Shown here in pieces: positions 18,556 to 28,815 of a stretch of DNA of 64,000 nt (positions are counted from its first letter, which is position 1; each line of letters begins with the position of its first letter). The DNA lies in NCBI GenBank assembly GCA_963681965.1, contig OY820579.1:960001-1024000 (forward strand), written 5' to 3'. Origin of the DNA: a bacterium (lineage in GTDB: Bacteria; Electryoneota; JAOADG01). The notes below the pieces were generated by a model. It was not told the DNA's origin and ran no database searches. It was given only the letters and a program-made list of their open reading frames with translations. The position numbers were made by a program, and so were the translations under genes.

Positions 18556-19083
18556 ATGGCAGGCTCAGTTAACAAAGTCATCCTCATCGGTAGACTGGGA
18601 CGCGATCCCGAGTTACGCTATACCCCGAATGGAGCAGCCGTTTGCTCGTTCTCAATTGCCACCGACGATAGTTACACCGACCGTGACGGGCAAAAACAAG
18701 AGCGTACGGAATGGCACAACATTGTTATTTTTCAGAAATTGGGAGAGATCGCTCATCAATATCTGAAAAAAGGATCGCAGGTATATCTCGAAGGTTCAAT
18801 TCGTTCACGGGAATACGTGGACAAAGAGAATGTCAAGCGTCGGATGACTGAAATCGTTGTAAATGAAATGCAAATGCTTGGCAGTAAACCTCGTGATGAC
18901 GAAGAGCATCCCGACGCAGGTGGTTATGGCAAAGTCTATGGATCGCGTCCGACTCAGGGTCCATCCGGACCGAAATCACCACCTAGTCAGTCTGGGAGTG
19001 CTCGGGGGGCTCGACCGACGCCTCCTCCGGCTTCTCCGGGAGGCGCTCCAACGGGTGAGCTGGAAGACGACCTGCCGTTCTAA
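18556..19083 (+). CDS. ssb: Single-stranded DNA-binding protein
   Basis: VNKVILIGRLGRDPELRYT, TEWHNIV, acidic DDLPF tail. Confidence 0.97.
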   Translation: MAGSVNKVILIGRLGRDPELRYTPNGAAVCSFSIATDDSYTDRDGQKQERTEWHNIVIFQKLGEIAHQYLKKGSQVYLEGSIRSREYVDKENVKRRMTEIVVNEMQMLGSKPRDDEEHPDAGGYGKVYGSRPTQGPSGPKSPPSQSGSARGARPTPPPASPGGAPTGELEDDLPF

Positions 19084-19193
19084 AAAATCATATTACCTGT
19101 TATTTATTATTGTTTTGACCCAAACAGACTACTTTGAGAGGGCAAGGTTTCACAACTCTCGGGTCAGGATTTTTTGATAATCGGATTCTCGGC

Positions 19194-19223
19194 TTGACAT
19201 ATCCGGCAAGGAGCGTATAAACT
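19194..19223 (+). promoter_or_regulatory. Putative sigma70 promoter for the 2698-aa gene
   Basis: TTGACA (19194-19199) with TATAAA at 16-nt or TAAACT at 18-nt spacing. Confidence 0.5.
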
Positions 19224-19389
19224 TGTTCGAATTCAGTGTATCGTCTTGGACCGTACTGCATCCTCGATTCTCTTCTCCCAAGTAACGATCTCATCAAGAT
19301 TTTGTTCCATAAACCACCCAATTGCTTACTGTGATTTTTTCTAATTCGTTCTCTCTGTTAATTGTACAAAGTGAAATGAGGAGAGTTGT

Positions 19390-22300
19390 ATGACTAATCG
19401 AAAATGGTTCTTCCTGTTCACCGTTTTCATGTTGCTTTCCGTCACCGCGTTGACTGCATTTGCGTCTCCGGGGTCGGGATCGGCAACTCCAAACAGTGAC
19501 GGGCAGTATCTTCAAGACATCGCTAATCGGATGTTGAGAGGCTTACCGGTTACGGCTCAGGAGAAGGCAGATGTAACGCCTTATCTCGAGTCGCAACGCG
19601 GTTATGTCTCACCGATCAGCTCAACCGACGCCGTAAGTGCGGCTCCGGATGGATACGGTTATACCTGGATTGACAACAATGCTCAGGTAACCCCTCCCGG
19701 ACCAACTTACACTTGGATCGACATCAGTACGACCGGAACTACCGGTCCGACCGGTGACGATGTCACGTCAGCCATGGTACCATTGGGATTCACGTTCCCA
19801 TTTTACGGCATGAATTTCACCTCCGTCACGATGAGTACCGACGGTTGGCTCTCGTTTAACAGCGCATTTGCCAGCTTATCGAGTAGCTGGTATTCGCAGT
19901 ATTCGTTGCCATCTGCCAGCATGCCACAAAGCTTGATTGCGGTTCTGTACCGCGACTCTTATGTGACGAGTGCTACTAGTTACATTAAGTATCAGCAGTA
20001 CAATTCCACCACGTTTATCGTACAGTGGAATACTGACTCCGGTGAACAATACGAAGCCATTCTAACATCGGATGGTAATATCAAATTGCAGTACAATGTT
20101 GCCACGGCAAATACCGGAACGATCGGTCTTCAGAACGACGCTCGTACGATTGCCTGTCAATATCAGTATAGCACTGCATGCCCGGTTTCCGGTCGCGCAA
20201 TTTTGTTTGTTCCACCCTGTAACACTGTGACTCAAGTTAGCCCGGCAAACGGGACCATCGGTGTCACTACAGAAACCCAAACGTTGACTTGGGTTGGTGG
20301 ATCTTGCACCGCCAACTACGATCTCTATTGCTCGACAGTTCAGGCAGATGTATCGAGTGGTGCAGTTGCAGCACAACAACTAGTAGGTTCGACTGCGACC
20401 TCTTTTATTATGCCGATTACCGCCGGCAACGTCTATTATTGGAAAGTAGTTGCGCATGGCACTTCGCCTGCAACCAACACTTCCCCGATTTGGACGTTTA
20501 ACACGATCGCGGCGCTGACTGGCACCAAGACGATCAACCCGGCATTACCGACCGGTGGCGATAACTATCAGACCTTCGCCGCTGCCGTTACCGCATTATA
20601 TGCGGCTGGTGCAGGCACCGGTGGTGTAACGTTTAACGTTTCTCCCGGAACCTATATCGAACAAGTCACCTTGACGGGTGCTTATCCCGGTATGGGCGCC
20701 TCCAGTCCGGTCACTTTCCGTGCGGTCGGTGTTGGTGTCAACATCAGCCCGAACGTCACAACCACACTTCAGTACGGTGTAAAACTTTCCGGTGCGCAGT
20801 ATGTAACGTTTGACGGTATCAACATCGTCGACGCCAGCACTGGCACCTATCCACTGTATTATGGATACTGGCTTAACAATAGCGCCGGTACGCTTGGTGC
20901 ACGATATAACACCATCAAGAACGCGACGATTCAAATGCGAATCAACGCATCCTATGCAACCTACGGTGTGTATCAATATTACAATACATCTCCGTATCCA
21001 TCTTCCGCCTTGGGAAGCCAGAGTTACAACCGCTACCTCAACCTGAAGATCTCGAAGGTTCGGTATGGCGTGTACTGCTACTCATATTCTTCCTACCCGG
21101 ATATGGGCAACGAAATCGGCAGCGAAGTTTCCGGTTTCGACAACACCAATCGCTTCGTAATCGGTTCGGCAGTTGGCGATACTATCGGTGGCGCTGGTGC
21201 CGCCTACGGTATCTATGCCAACTACCAGAATGGTCTGTCGATTCACGATATCGATATTAAGAACCTGAAGACTTATACTAGCAGTTACACGATGTACGGT
21301 ATGTATCTGTATTACTCTCCGTATTCTGGTGGTACTGCTTCTCCATTGCTGATTTACAACAACCGTGTTTACGATTTTACCGCGTTGTATACCAGTGGCT
21401 ATACGACCATGTATGGTATCTATTCATACTTGTACTATTCATACGGTCATCAGCGCATCTACAACAACATGGTCTACAATCTGCAACAGACGTATACCGG
21501 TACGGTTACGGCATCGTATTACACGTACGGTATCTATTGCGGATATTATTATCCGACCGTCGTGAACAACACGATCATGTTGAATCAACTTGGTACGCAG
21601 AACTTCTCTTCGGCGTGTCTCTATTACAGTTCGAATTATGCTGCCAACGATACGTGCAAGAATAATATTTTTGCGAACCTGGGTAGCCAGACTTCGACTA
21701 CGCCATATCACGTTGGCATGTACAACCCCTGTACTTACCCGGCAAACTGGATCACGAGTAACAACAGTTACTACATCCCGAATGCTACCGGCGGTTACAT
21801 TGGTTACAATGCCGCAGCTTATCGTGCGACGCTTAGCGCATTTCAGACTGCCTATACGCCGAACGTCGATCTTGCGTCGACTACTGGCGATCCGCTGTTT
21901 AGAAACAGTGCAACGTTACCGTACGATGTCCGCATTCTTGAGAATCAAGGTGCGTCGGTAATTGAAAATCTCGGAACGCCGACATTCGTTACTACCGATA
22001 TCGAAGGTCAAGCGCGTAGCTTGACGACGCCTGATATCGGCGCCGACGAAGGAACGTTCGTTACGTTAGTTCCGACCGCTCCAACTGTATCCTATCCGGC
22101 AAATCCCTCAACCAGCATTCCAACGAATGCGACGTTGATGTGGAACGCATCGGCAGGCGGCTCGCCGATGACTTATGCCGTTTACTACGATGATTTCACT
22201 CCGCCGACGACAGTTCGTGCTAGTGGATTATCCGCTTTGAATTATACACCTTCATCCGAACTCAGCCCGACGACGACCTATTACTGGAAAGTTGTTGCTC

Positions 22301-25300
22301 ACAATAGCTATGGTGATACTCCCGGTGGAATCTGGCAGTTCACGACCAGTGCTGGCGTTGCACCAAATGCGCCTACCGATGCGGCACCTCCAATTTCCGG
22401 CGTTGCCACAACGGCGTTGACGTTTAACTGGGTTGACAACTCCTTGAACGAAACCGGCTTCCCGATCGAACGTTCGACGGACGGTACTACATTCTCGGCA
22501 TTGACAACTGCAGCAATAAATGCCACAACCTATACTAACACTGGTTTGACTCCGTCGACCCGTTACTGGTATCGTGCATACGCGATTGGTACCGGTGGAC
22601 GATCGGCTACCTGGGCATCCGGCGACAGTTGGACGCTTGCCAGTGTTCCTGGTGCACCGACGTTTGGTGCTGCTGCATTCACGACTCTTCAAGTGACTCC
22701 GGCTAACGGTTCGCCTGCCAACTCGGCTGCAGCGACCTATGCAATTCACGAAACCACCACCAACCAGTTCGTTCAGGCAACCGGCGCATTAGGCGCAACT
22801 GCTGTCTGGCAACCGTTGGCAACGTGGGGAACGGTAACCGTTACCGGTTTGTTGCAGGCGACCAGTTACACCTTCGAAGTGAAGGCGCGTAATGGTGCCC
22901 TCATTGAAACCGTTTACGGTCCTACCGGTACCGGTACCACCGGCGATCCGTTCCATCTCGGACCGGATGCTTATGGCTATCGTTTGATCGCCAATAACGG
23001 TACTGGTTACAACTGGATTACCCCGTCTGGCACGGCGACCACGGTGAGTGGCTGGTCGGCCACCGACGACGGTAGCGCAGGTCCGTACAATATCGGCTTC
23101 AACTTCTCGTTCTACGGTCATACTTACACGACGTGGTATGCTGGAAGTAATGGTCGAATTCAGTTTGGTGGACAGAATGCGTACAATTATTCCAGTGCGA
23201 CATTCCCGTTGACTGGTGGCTATCCCGCCGGTGTCTACTTCTGGAACTACGATATGTCGGTCGCCTCGACCACAGTCGTGTACGAAAACCTGACCGCCCC
23301 GAACCGCTTGGTCGTTACCTATACCAACTTCGCCACGCTTGGTGGTTATGGTCCGATTGCGGCTCAGGTCGTTGTGTATGAAGATGGTCGGGTTGATGTG
23401 AATTACGGACCCCGTAACTCAACGACTCAGACGTATTGTGCCGCTGCTGCTATTCAGGATACAAACGGAACAAACGGTTGTCTCCAGTATGCACCGCCGA
23501 CCCCGGATTCGCTGAGAACCTATCACTTCTTCAAGCTGAATGCACCGACGGTTCCGGTTCCTGCCAATACCGCAACTGGCGTTCCGACGAATGCCACGTT
23601 AAGCTGGGTTGGCGACGCCAATGCGACGGGTTACGATGTCTATTTCGGCACATCGGCAACTCCGCCGTTGGTATCTTCGAATCAAACCGGTTTGTCTTAC
23701 ACTCCGGCGACTTTGGATACAATGACTGTGTACTATTGGCGCGTTGACTCCCGCATGGGTTCGACGGTTGTTACCGGTACGCCATGGTCATTCACTTCCG
23801 GTCGGGGAGTTGCACCGAACGCTCCGACGAACGGTCAAATCTTGTCAGCCACGTTGAATACTCTTGGCGGTACGTTTACGGACAACTCCGACAACGAAAC
23901 CGGCTTCATCGTTCAGCGCTCATTGGATGGAACTACCTTTACAAACTATGCAACTCTTTCCGCACATACCGGTACGGGTACGGTTATGTTAGGGGATACC
24001 GGCTTAACCGCCAATACTCATTACTGGTATCGCGTATTCTCAACCAATGCCGCCGGTACTTCCACTGGTTATGCTGCGGCAGATGGTTGGACATTGTCGT
24101 TACCGACGATGGCATTCACAACCACATCATCGGCGACTCCGCTTACTTCGGCAAACTTCGGTATCCGAGTGATTGGCGCTCCGATTACGGTAACCTATAC
24201 GGTTCGTAATACCGGTGGCACGCCGTTGAATATTGGTAGTGTCGTTTCCAGCAATACCGCAGTAACCACAAGCTGGACATCGCAAACGATCGCCGGCGGT
24301 GGCACTCAGAATATCGATGTGATCTGGGCACCGACTGTTGGTGGCGCGCTTGCCAGTACCTTAACGTTTAACTCGGATGCGACCAATAACCCGGTTGTAA
24401 TCAACGTTACCGGTACGGCAATGGCAGTCCATAACTTGCCCATCACGACTGATTTCAGTGGCACCTTCCCACCGTCGGAATGGACCATCATCAATCCCGA
24501 TGCAAGTATTACCTGGACGCAGTACACTTCTCCATACAGTGCTCATATGAACTGGTGGAGCTACGGTACACACGGTGCGTTGGATTATCTGGTCACCCCG
24601 ATTGTTTCGACTGTCGGTGTAACATCAGCCGGATTTGATTTCGACTGGTCCTATTACTATTACTCGTCCTACAATGACTCACTGATGATCAAGTACACGC
24701 TGGATGGCGGTACGAACTGGACAACCATCTGGAAGCGTTGGGGTCACGGCACTGGCACTGACTCGCTACCCGCCGGTACCGGTGGTGCTTCTATGACACC
24801 GGCAACAGCTGGCACTTGGGGTCATGCCTCGATTATGCTCGCTGGCACCGGTTGCTTGGGTCAGCCGCAAGTTCAGTTTGCACTCGTATCCGGTAACGAT
24901 TACGGTGCCGACTTGTACTTGACCAACTTGAACATTTACAACCTTGACGGTGCAGCATTGTCAACCAGTGCTACGTCGTTGTCGTTTGCCGGTGCTTACG
25001 GTAACTGTGCGAATACCCGTTCGATCGTTCTTACGAACACCGGTACTCAACCGTTGCACGTCACTTCGATGACTGCTTCGACCGTTTCGCTCAGTCACCC
25101 GTCGGCGACAATTGCCGTTGGCGCAACCGATACGTTGGTTACCACTTGGACGCCAACCGCTGGCGCAACCTTGGTCGACACCTTGGTCATCGTTTCCGAT
25201 GCACTCAATGGTTCGCCCCGGAAGATTCCGCTTAGCGGCGCTTCGGTGACTCCATTCACCGCGTTGCCCGTTTCCGCAAACTTTGGAAACGTACTCGTGG

Positions 25301-27486
25301 GCGGATCCAAGGTGTTAACAATTGGTCTTACCAATCAAAGTACTTGCCCGCAGCAAATTTCGGCAGTGACCAGTCCCGCGACGGTAACTCCGGAATGGGG
25401 CGCTCGTTTGTTCCCTGCGTTGGGTACTGCTAATATTTCGTTCCTCTGGACACCGACCGTTGCCGGTACGCTCGCTGGTAACGATACGTTGTTCGCCGAT
25501 GGTGGCAATTTGCTTGTTCCGGCAACCGGAACCGCATTAAATGCCTTTGTTGATCGGCAGATGAATGGTGTGACTCCCTGGTTTGCTCCGACCGGTGGAT
25601 TGACCACGACTCCATTTACCTTCACCGCCGGCTTCTATGCAGCGTCGACGATGACAGTTGACTCGGTTGTCGTGATCTTGGGTGCTTCTCGCTACCCGAT
25701 GACTCTTACTGGTGGTACATTGCCTGGTGAACTTGACTATGCAGTTACCACAACGATTCCGACAGTTGGTTCGACGGCTTACACCATCACTGCTTATTAT
25801 CAGTTTGGTGGTGCGCAGACGTACACAACCTCCTCGATTACCGGTCCGACCGTATTGCCGGCTCATACCGGTGGTCCGGATGCAGCAGGCTATTGCTATC
25901 GTACCAGCTTTGCAGATGGCGGTCCAACATTTGGTTGGGTTGCTCATACCGCTTCGGCTGTGACGCAAACAACCTGGACCAGTGTGGACGACGGAAACTC
26001 CGGTGCAGTACCGATCGGATTTTCGTTCCCGTTCTACGGTAACAACTACACGACCATGTATCTTGGCACCAACGGTCGAATCGAATTCGGTGGAACGTAC
26101 GATTACTCGTATAGTCAAGTGACATTCCCGTATGCTTCTGACTCGGCTGCAATCATGTTCTGGAATCGGGATATGCATGTCGGTTATGCGCCGAACACCG
26201 TTGTACGTTACGAAACGTTCACCGATCATTGCGTTATCACTTATGACAGCTTGTCGATATACGGTACAAACGGTGCATCTCGGTTGAGTGCGCAAATCAT
26301 ACTGTATTCGACCGGTCGTGTTGTTTTACAGTATCGCAACTATGTCGGTACTTTATCTCTTAGTTCCGTCGGTATTCAGAATGGTACTGGTTCAACCTAT
26401 CTGGCGTACATCCAGAGTGGTGCGACAATACCAGCTGAAAACTCGGCGATCGAGTTCTATCAACCGGCAATGCTTGCCGCCAACCCAACTTCGGTTGCTT
26501 ACGGTAGTGTTACAGTTGGAACGACGAACAACCAAACAACCTACGTGAAGAATGTTGGCCGCGCCGCGTTGAATATCACCGGCGTGTCCGCACCGGCACA
26601 CGTAACCCCAAGCTGGTTGACTCATACAATTGCCGCTGGCGACTCCGCCTTATTGCAATTGACTTGGGTTCCAACAGCTTCCGGCGACCTGACTGGTAAC
26701 GTCACGTTTACTTCCGATGCCTCGAACAGCTCGTTCGCTATTCCGCTTACCGGTACTGCTTCCGGTTATCCGGATATCGCATTGAACGTCGCTTCGGTTG
26801 CGTTTGGTAACGTGTTGGTTGGTTCGACGTCCAGTTCACAGCTTGTTTACGTACGCAGTACCGGTACGATCCCGTTAACGTTAAACACCGTCACTGGACC
26901 GGCGACATTGGTAGTAACTGAAACACTGCCGATCACGATCCCAGTTGGCGATTCCGCAGCGGTTCATATTAGTTGGCAACCAGGTGCCGAAGGCACGATG
27001 AGCAGCAACGTGGTTTGGGGCAGCAACTCTGTTCCGACCCCCTCGCTGAACCTCCCGTGCTCGGGCTACGGTTACACCCCGGCAGGCGTACCTAACCTGT
27101 CGATCAGCTACAACCTGACACTTACCAAGGTCGTCTTGACTTGGGATCGTCCGGCTGGAACCATTACGGGTTATAAGATCTACCGTAACGCTACTGGTTA
27201 CTTCCACCCGTTGAACGTAGCTCCGCTTCTGACTGGAACGTTGATCCAAACGATCACCGACCCGTCGATCCTGACTTACGAAGACTTGGGCGTAACTGGC
27301 AGGTGGTATTATCGCGTAGTCGCATACAACGATGCATCCTCGACTTCGTCGATCGGTTCAACGACCGGTTCCGCTAAGCGCCTCAACGAGGCTCTCCTTA
27401 GCCCGAACACGACCCTGAATTCGACGACAAAAGTAACTCCGGTTGCACCCGTTACGACCACGACGAAATCACAATTCAAGAAGTAG
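19390..27486 (+). CDS. Giant secreted/surface protein (3 GFxFxFYG modules, Tyr-rich beta-helix, FN3 and choice-of-anchor-D/ASH-like Ig domains)
   Basis: Signal peptide; three PDxxGY...DD...GFxFxFYG modules; repeated YGIY/YGVY; YYWKV/YWYRV FN3-like strands; NTGxxPL Ig repeats; GAGGAG RBS. Confidence 0.85.
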   Translation: MTNRKWFFLFTVFMLLSVTALTAFASPGSGSATPNSDGQYLQDIANRMLRGLPVTAQEKADVTPYLESQRGYVSPISSTDAVSAAPDGYGYTWIDNNAQVTPPGPTYTWIDISTTGTTGPTGDDVTSAMVPLGFTFPFYGMNFTSVTMSTDGWLSFNSAFASLSSSWYSQYSLPSASMPQSLIAVLYRDSYVTSATSYIKYQQYNSTTFIVQWNTDSGEQYEAILTSDGNIKLQYNVATANTGTIGLQNDARTIACQYQYSTACPVSGRAILFVPPCNTVTQVSPANGTIGVTTETQTLTWVGGSCTANYDLYCSTVQADVSSGAVAAQQLVGSTATSFIMPITAGNVYYWKVVAHGTSPATNTSPIWTFNTIAALTGTKTINPALPTGGDNYQTFAAAVTALYAAGAGTGGVTFNVSPGTYIEQVTLTGAYPGMGASSPVTFRAVGVGVNISPNVTTTLQYGVKLSGAQYVTFDGINIVDASTGTYPLYYGYWLNNSAGTLGARYNTIKNATIQMRINASYATYGVYQYYNTSPYPSSALGSQSYNRYLNLKISKVRYGVYCYSYSSYPDMGNEIGSEVSGFDNTNRFVIGSAVGDTIGGAGAAYGIYANYQNGLSIHDIDIKNLKTYTSSYTMYGMYLYYSPYSGGTASPLLIYNNRVYDFTALYTSGYTTMYGIYSYLYYSYGHQRIYNNMVYNLQQTYTGTVTASYYTYGIYCGYYYPTVVNNTIMLNQLGTQNFSSACLYYSSNYAANDTCKNNIFANLGSQTSTTPYHVGMYNPCTYPANWITSNNSYYIPNATGGYIGYNAAAYRATLSAFQTAYTPNVDLASTTGDPLFRNSATLPYDVRILENQGASVIENLGTPTFVTTDIEGQARSLTTPDIGADEGTFVTLVPTAPTVSYPANPSTSIPTNATLMWNASAGGSPMTYAVYYDDFTPPTTVRASGLSALNYTPSSELSPTTTYYWKVVAHNSYGDTPGGIWQFTTSAGVAPNAPTDAAPPISGVATTALTFNWVDNSLNETGFPIERSTDGTTFSALTTAAINATTYTNTGLTPSTRYWYRAYAIGTGGRSATWASGDSWTLASVPGAPTFGAAAFTTLQVTPANGSPANSAAATYAIHETTTNQFVQATGALGATAVWQPLATWGTVTVTGLLQATSYTFEVKARNGALIETVYGPTGTGTTGDPFHLGPDAYGYRLIANNGTGYNWITPSGTATTVSGWSATDDGSAGPYNIGFNFSFYGHTYTTWYAGSNGRIQFGGQNAYNYSSATFPLTGGYPAGVYFWNYDMSVASTTVVYENLTAPNRLVVTYTNFATLGGYGPIAAQVVVYEDGRVDVNYGPRNSTTQTYCAAAAIQDTNGTNGCLQYAPPTPDSLRTYHFFKLNAPTVPVPANTATGVPTNATLSWVGDANATGYDVYFGTSATPPLVSSNQTGLSYTPATLDTMTVYYWRVDSRMGSTVVTGTPWSFTSGRGVAPNAPTNGQILSATLNTLGGTFTDNSDNETGFIVQRSLDGTTFTNYATLSAHTGTGTVMLGDTGLTANTHYWYRVFSTNAAGTSTGYAAADGWTLSLPTMAFTTTSSATPLTSANFGIRVIGAPITVTYTVRNTGGTPLNIGSVVSSNTAVTTSWTSQTIAGGGTQNIDVIWAPTVGGALASTLTFNSDATNNPVVINVTGTAMAVHNLPITTDFSGTFPPSEWTIINPDASITWTQYTSPYSAHMNWWSYGTHGALDYLVTPIVSTVGVTSAGFDFDWSYYYYSSYNDSLMIKYTLDGGTNWTTIWKRWGHGTGTDSLPAGTGGASMTPATAGTWGHASIMLAGTGCLGQPQVQFALVSGNDYGADLYLTNLNIYNLDGAALSTSATSLSFAGAYGNCANTRSIVLTNTGTQPLHVTSMTASTVSLSHPSATIAVGATDTLVTTWTPTAGATLVDTLVIVSDALNGSPRKIPLSGASVTPFTALPVSANFGNVLVGGSKVLTIGLTNQSTCPQQISAVTSPATVTPEWGARLFPALGTANISFLWTPTVAGTLAGNDTLFADGGNLLVPATGTALNAFVDRQMNGVTPWFAPTGGLTTTPFTFTAGFYAASTMTVDSVVVILGASRYPMTLTGGTLPGELDYAVTTTIPTVGSTAYTITAYYQFGGAQTYTTSSITGPTVLPAHTGGPDAAGYCYRTSFADGGPTFGWVAHTASAVTQTTWTSVDDGNSGAVPIGFSFPFYGNNYTTMYLGTNGRIEFGGTYDYSYSQVTFPYASDSAAIMFWNRDMHVGYAPNTVVRYETFTDHCVITYDSLSIYGTNGASRLSAQIILYSTGRVVLQYRNYVGTLSLSSVGIQNGTGSTYLAYIQSGATIPAENSAIEFYQPAMLAANPTSVAYGSVTVGTTNNQTTYVKNVGRAALNITGVSAPAHVTPSWLTHTIAAGDSALLQLTWVPTASGDLTGNVTFTSDASNSSFAIPLTGTASGYPDIALNVASVAFGNVLVGSTSSSQLVYVRSTGTIPLTLNTVTGPATLVVTETLPITIPVGDSAAVHISWQPGAEGTMSSNVVWGSNSVPTPSLNLPCSGYGYTPAGVPNLSISYNLTLTKVVLTWDRPAGTITGYKIYRNATGYFHPLNVAPLLTGTLIQTITDPSILTYEDLGVTGRWYYRVVAYNDASSTSSIGSTTGSAKRLNEALLSPNTTLNSTTKVTPVAPVTTTTKSQFKK

Positions 27487-27497
27487 TAGATTCGGGT

Positions 27498-27524
27498 ACC
27501 CCCTCCGGCTTAGCCGGAGGGGGT
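27498..27524 (+). terminator. Strong GC hairpin after the giant gene (no U-tract)
   Basis: ACCCCCTCCGGCT-T-AGCCGGAGGGGGT. Confidence 0.55.
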
Positions 27525-27805
27525 GGTTCCCGGTCACGATTTAAACTTATGCTGCTGGTTGTTACTCTTAGAGAAAAGAGAAGTTAAGTAGTTGAGGAGT
27601 ACATTTTTTCGAGGCGGCATTTGTCGAATTTGGTCTCTTTGAGTTTTAAACTTAGATTAAACAATAGTACAAAAAGTTAATACAAATCACATGATTTTTT
27701 TTTAAGATAGATTGTTCGCTTGCTTTCGCAGAAAAGCCGATTTAATATATCGTTATGTCTGTAGAAAGCGATTTATCAGTTTTTTATTAACATATGGGAG
27801 GTAAC

Positions 27806-28735
27806 ATGAAAGGAAAGGCGCTTGCGATTTTGCTAGCGATCCTTGTTGCCGGAACCGCTTTTGCGTTAGAATCTGGACCATCCAATCCGGTCGGGTTCTT
27901 CACCGTAACTGTCACCCGTGCTGCCAACTCGGTCGGATACAATATGGTTAGTTTTCCGACTTTGCCGGCTAGTGCGACCTTGGCGAATACGATCGGCGCA
28001 CAAGTTCCCGGTAATAACACCAGTTCGTTTGCAACGACGATGTATTGGTACGACAATACCAGTAGCGCGTATTCCAGCGCATATAAGACTGGTACCGGTA
28101 CCACGTGGTCGGGTGCGTTTTCGACTTTGGAATCCCGTAAAGGTTATTATATCGTTCTTCGCAATCGAGCCGGCGTCAATTTGTCTTATGACGTCGTCGT
28201 CGCAGGCGATGTTCGCACGACCGCTTGGGATATGGGCACAATTCAAGTCGGTTACAACATGATTGGTTCCGTTTATGCGGCACCGATTCGTTTGGATTCG
28301 ACTCGTTTGGTTTCTGGTACCACTCGTATGAAAGGTGGTATCAGCCAAGGTCAATCCGACTTGTTAATGTGGTACAATGGTTCTGGATTCTCGACCGCCT
28401 ATTTAAACAATTCTTATGTATGGCAGGGAACTGCGATTACGACGTTGGAACCGGGCAAAGGATATTGGATTGTTCGTCGTTCCGGTCGTACTCCCGCAAC
28501 CTTTGCTTGGAACGATTACCCAGCACCAGCAGGTAGCGGTTCCAGTTCTTCCAGTGGTATTTTGAGCGCCGGCGTTCAACCGACTGTTACGACAACTGCG
28601 ATGCCCAGTCACATCAATGCGACCGCATCGACCAGCAGTGTGAATGTCGGTTCGAAAATCAAGTCGACTCCGGTGACGGCAGCTACGGCAGTGCCAGTAG
28701 TCAACACCACAGCAACTGCGAAGAAGACCAAGTAA
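27806..28735 (+). CDS. Secreted hypothetical protein with duplicated GYN(M)xxxx...(P)GKGY(W/Y) domain and Ser/Thr tail
   Basis: GGGAGG RBS before ATG at 27806; signal peptide; internal duplication GYNMVSFP...LESRKGYYI / GYNMIGSV...LEPGKGYWI. Confidence 0.8.
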   Translation: MKGKALAILLAILVAGTAFALESGPSNPVGFFTVTVTRAANSVGYNMVSFPTLPASATLANTIGAQVPGNNTSSFATTMYWYDNTSSAYSSAYKTGTGTTWSGAFSTLESRKGYYIVLRNRAGVNLSYDVVVAGDVRTTAWDMGTIQVGYNMIGSVYAAPIRLDSTRLVSGTTRMKGGISQGQSDLLMWYNGSGFSTAYLNNSYVWQGTAITTLEPGKGYWIVRRSGRTPATFAWNDYPAPAGSGSSSSSGILSAGVQPTVTTTAMPSHINATASTSSVNVGSKIKSTPVTAATAVPVVNTTATAKKTK

Positions 28736-28815
28736 AGTTTTTGTGTTTGACGTCGACATCGTCTGTCGATGAGATTTTAGGCAAGTAGTCTACCATATTT
28801 TTACATGGAGGAAAG

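Noticed and set aside
20062-27249. Numerous antisense ORFs within the giant genes
   Set aside because: They are expected from codon bias in long Thr/Gly-rich genes and show no motifs or RBS support
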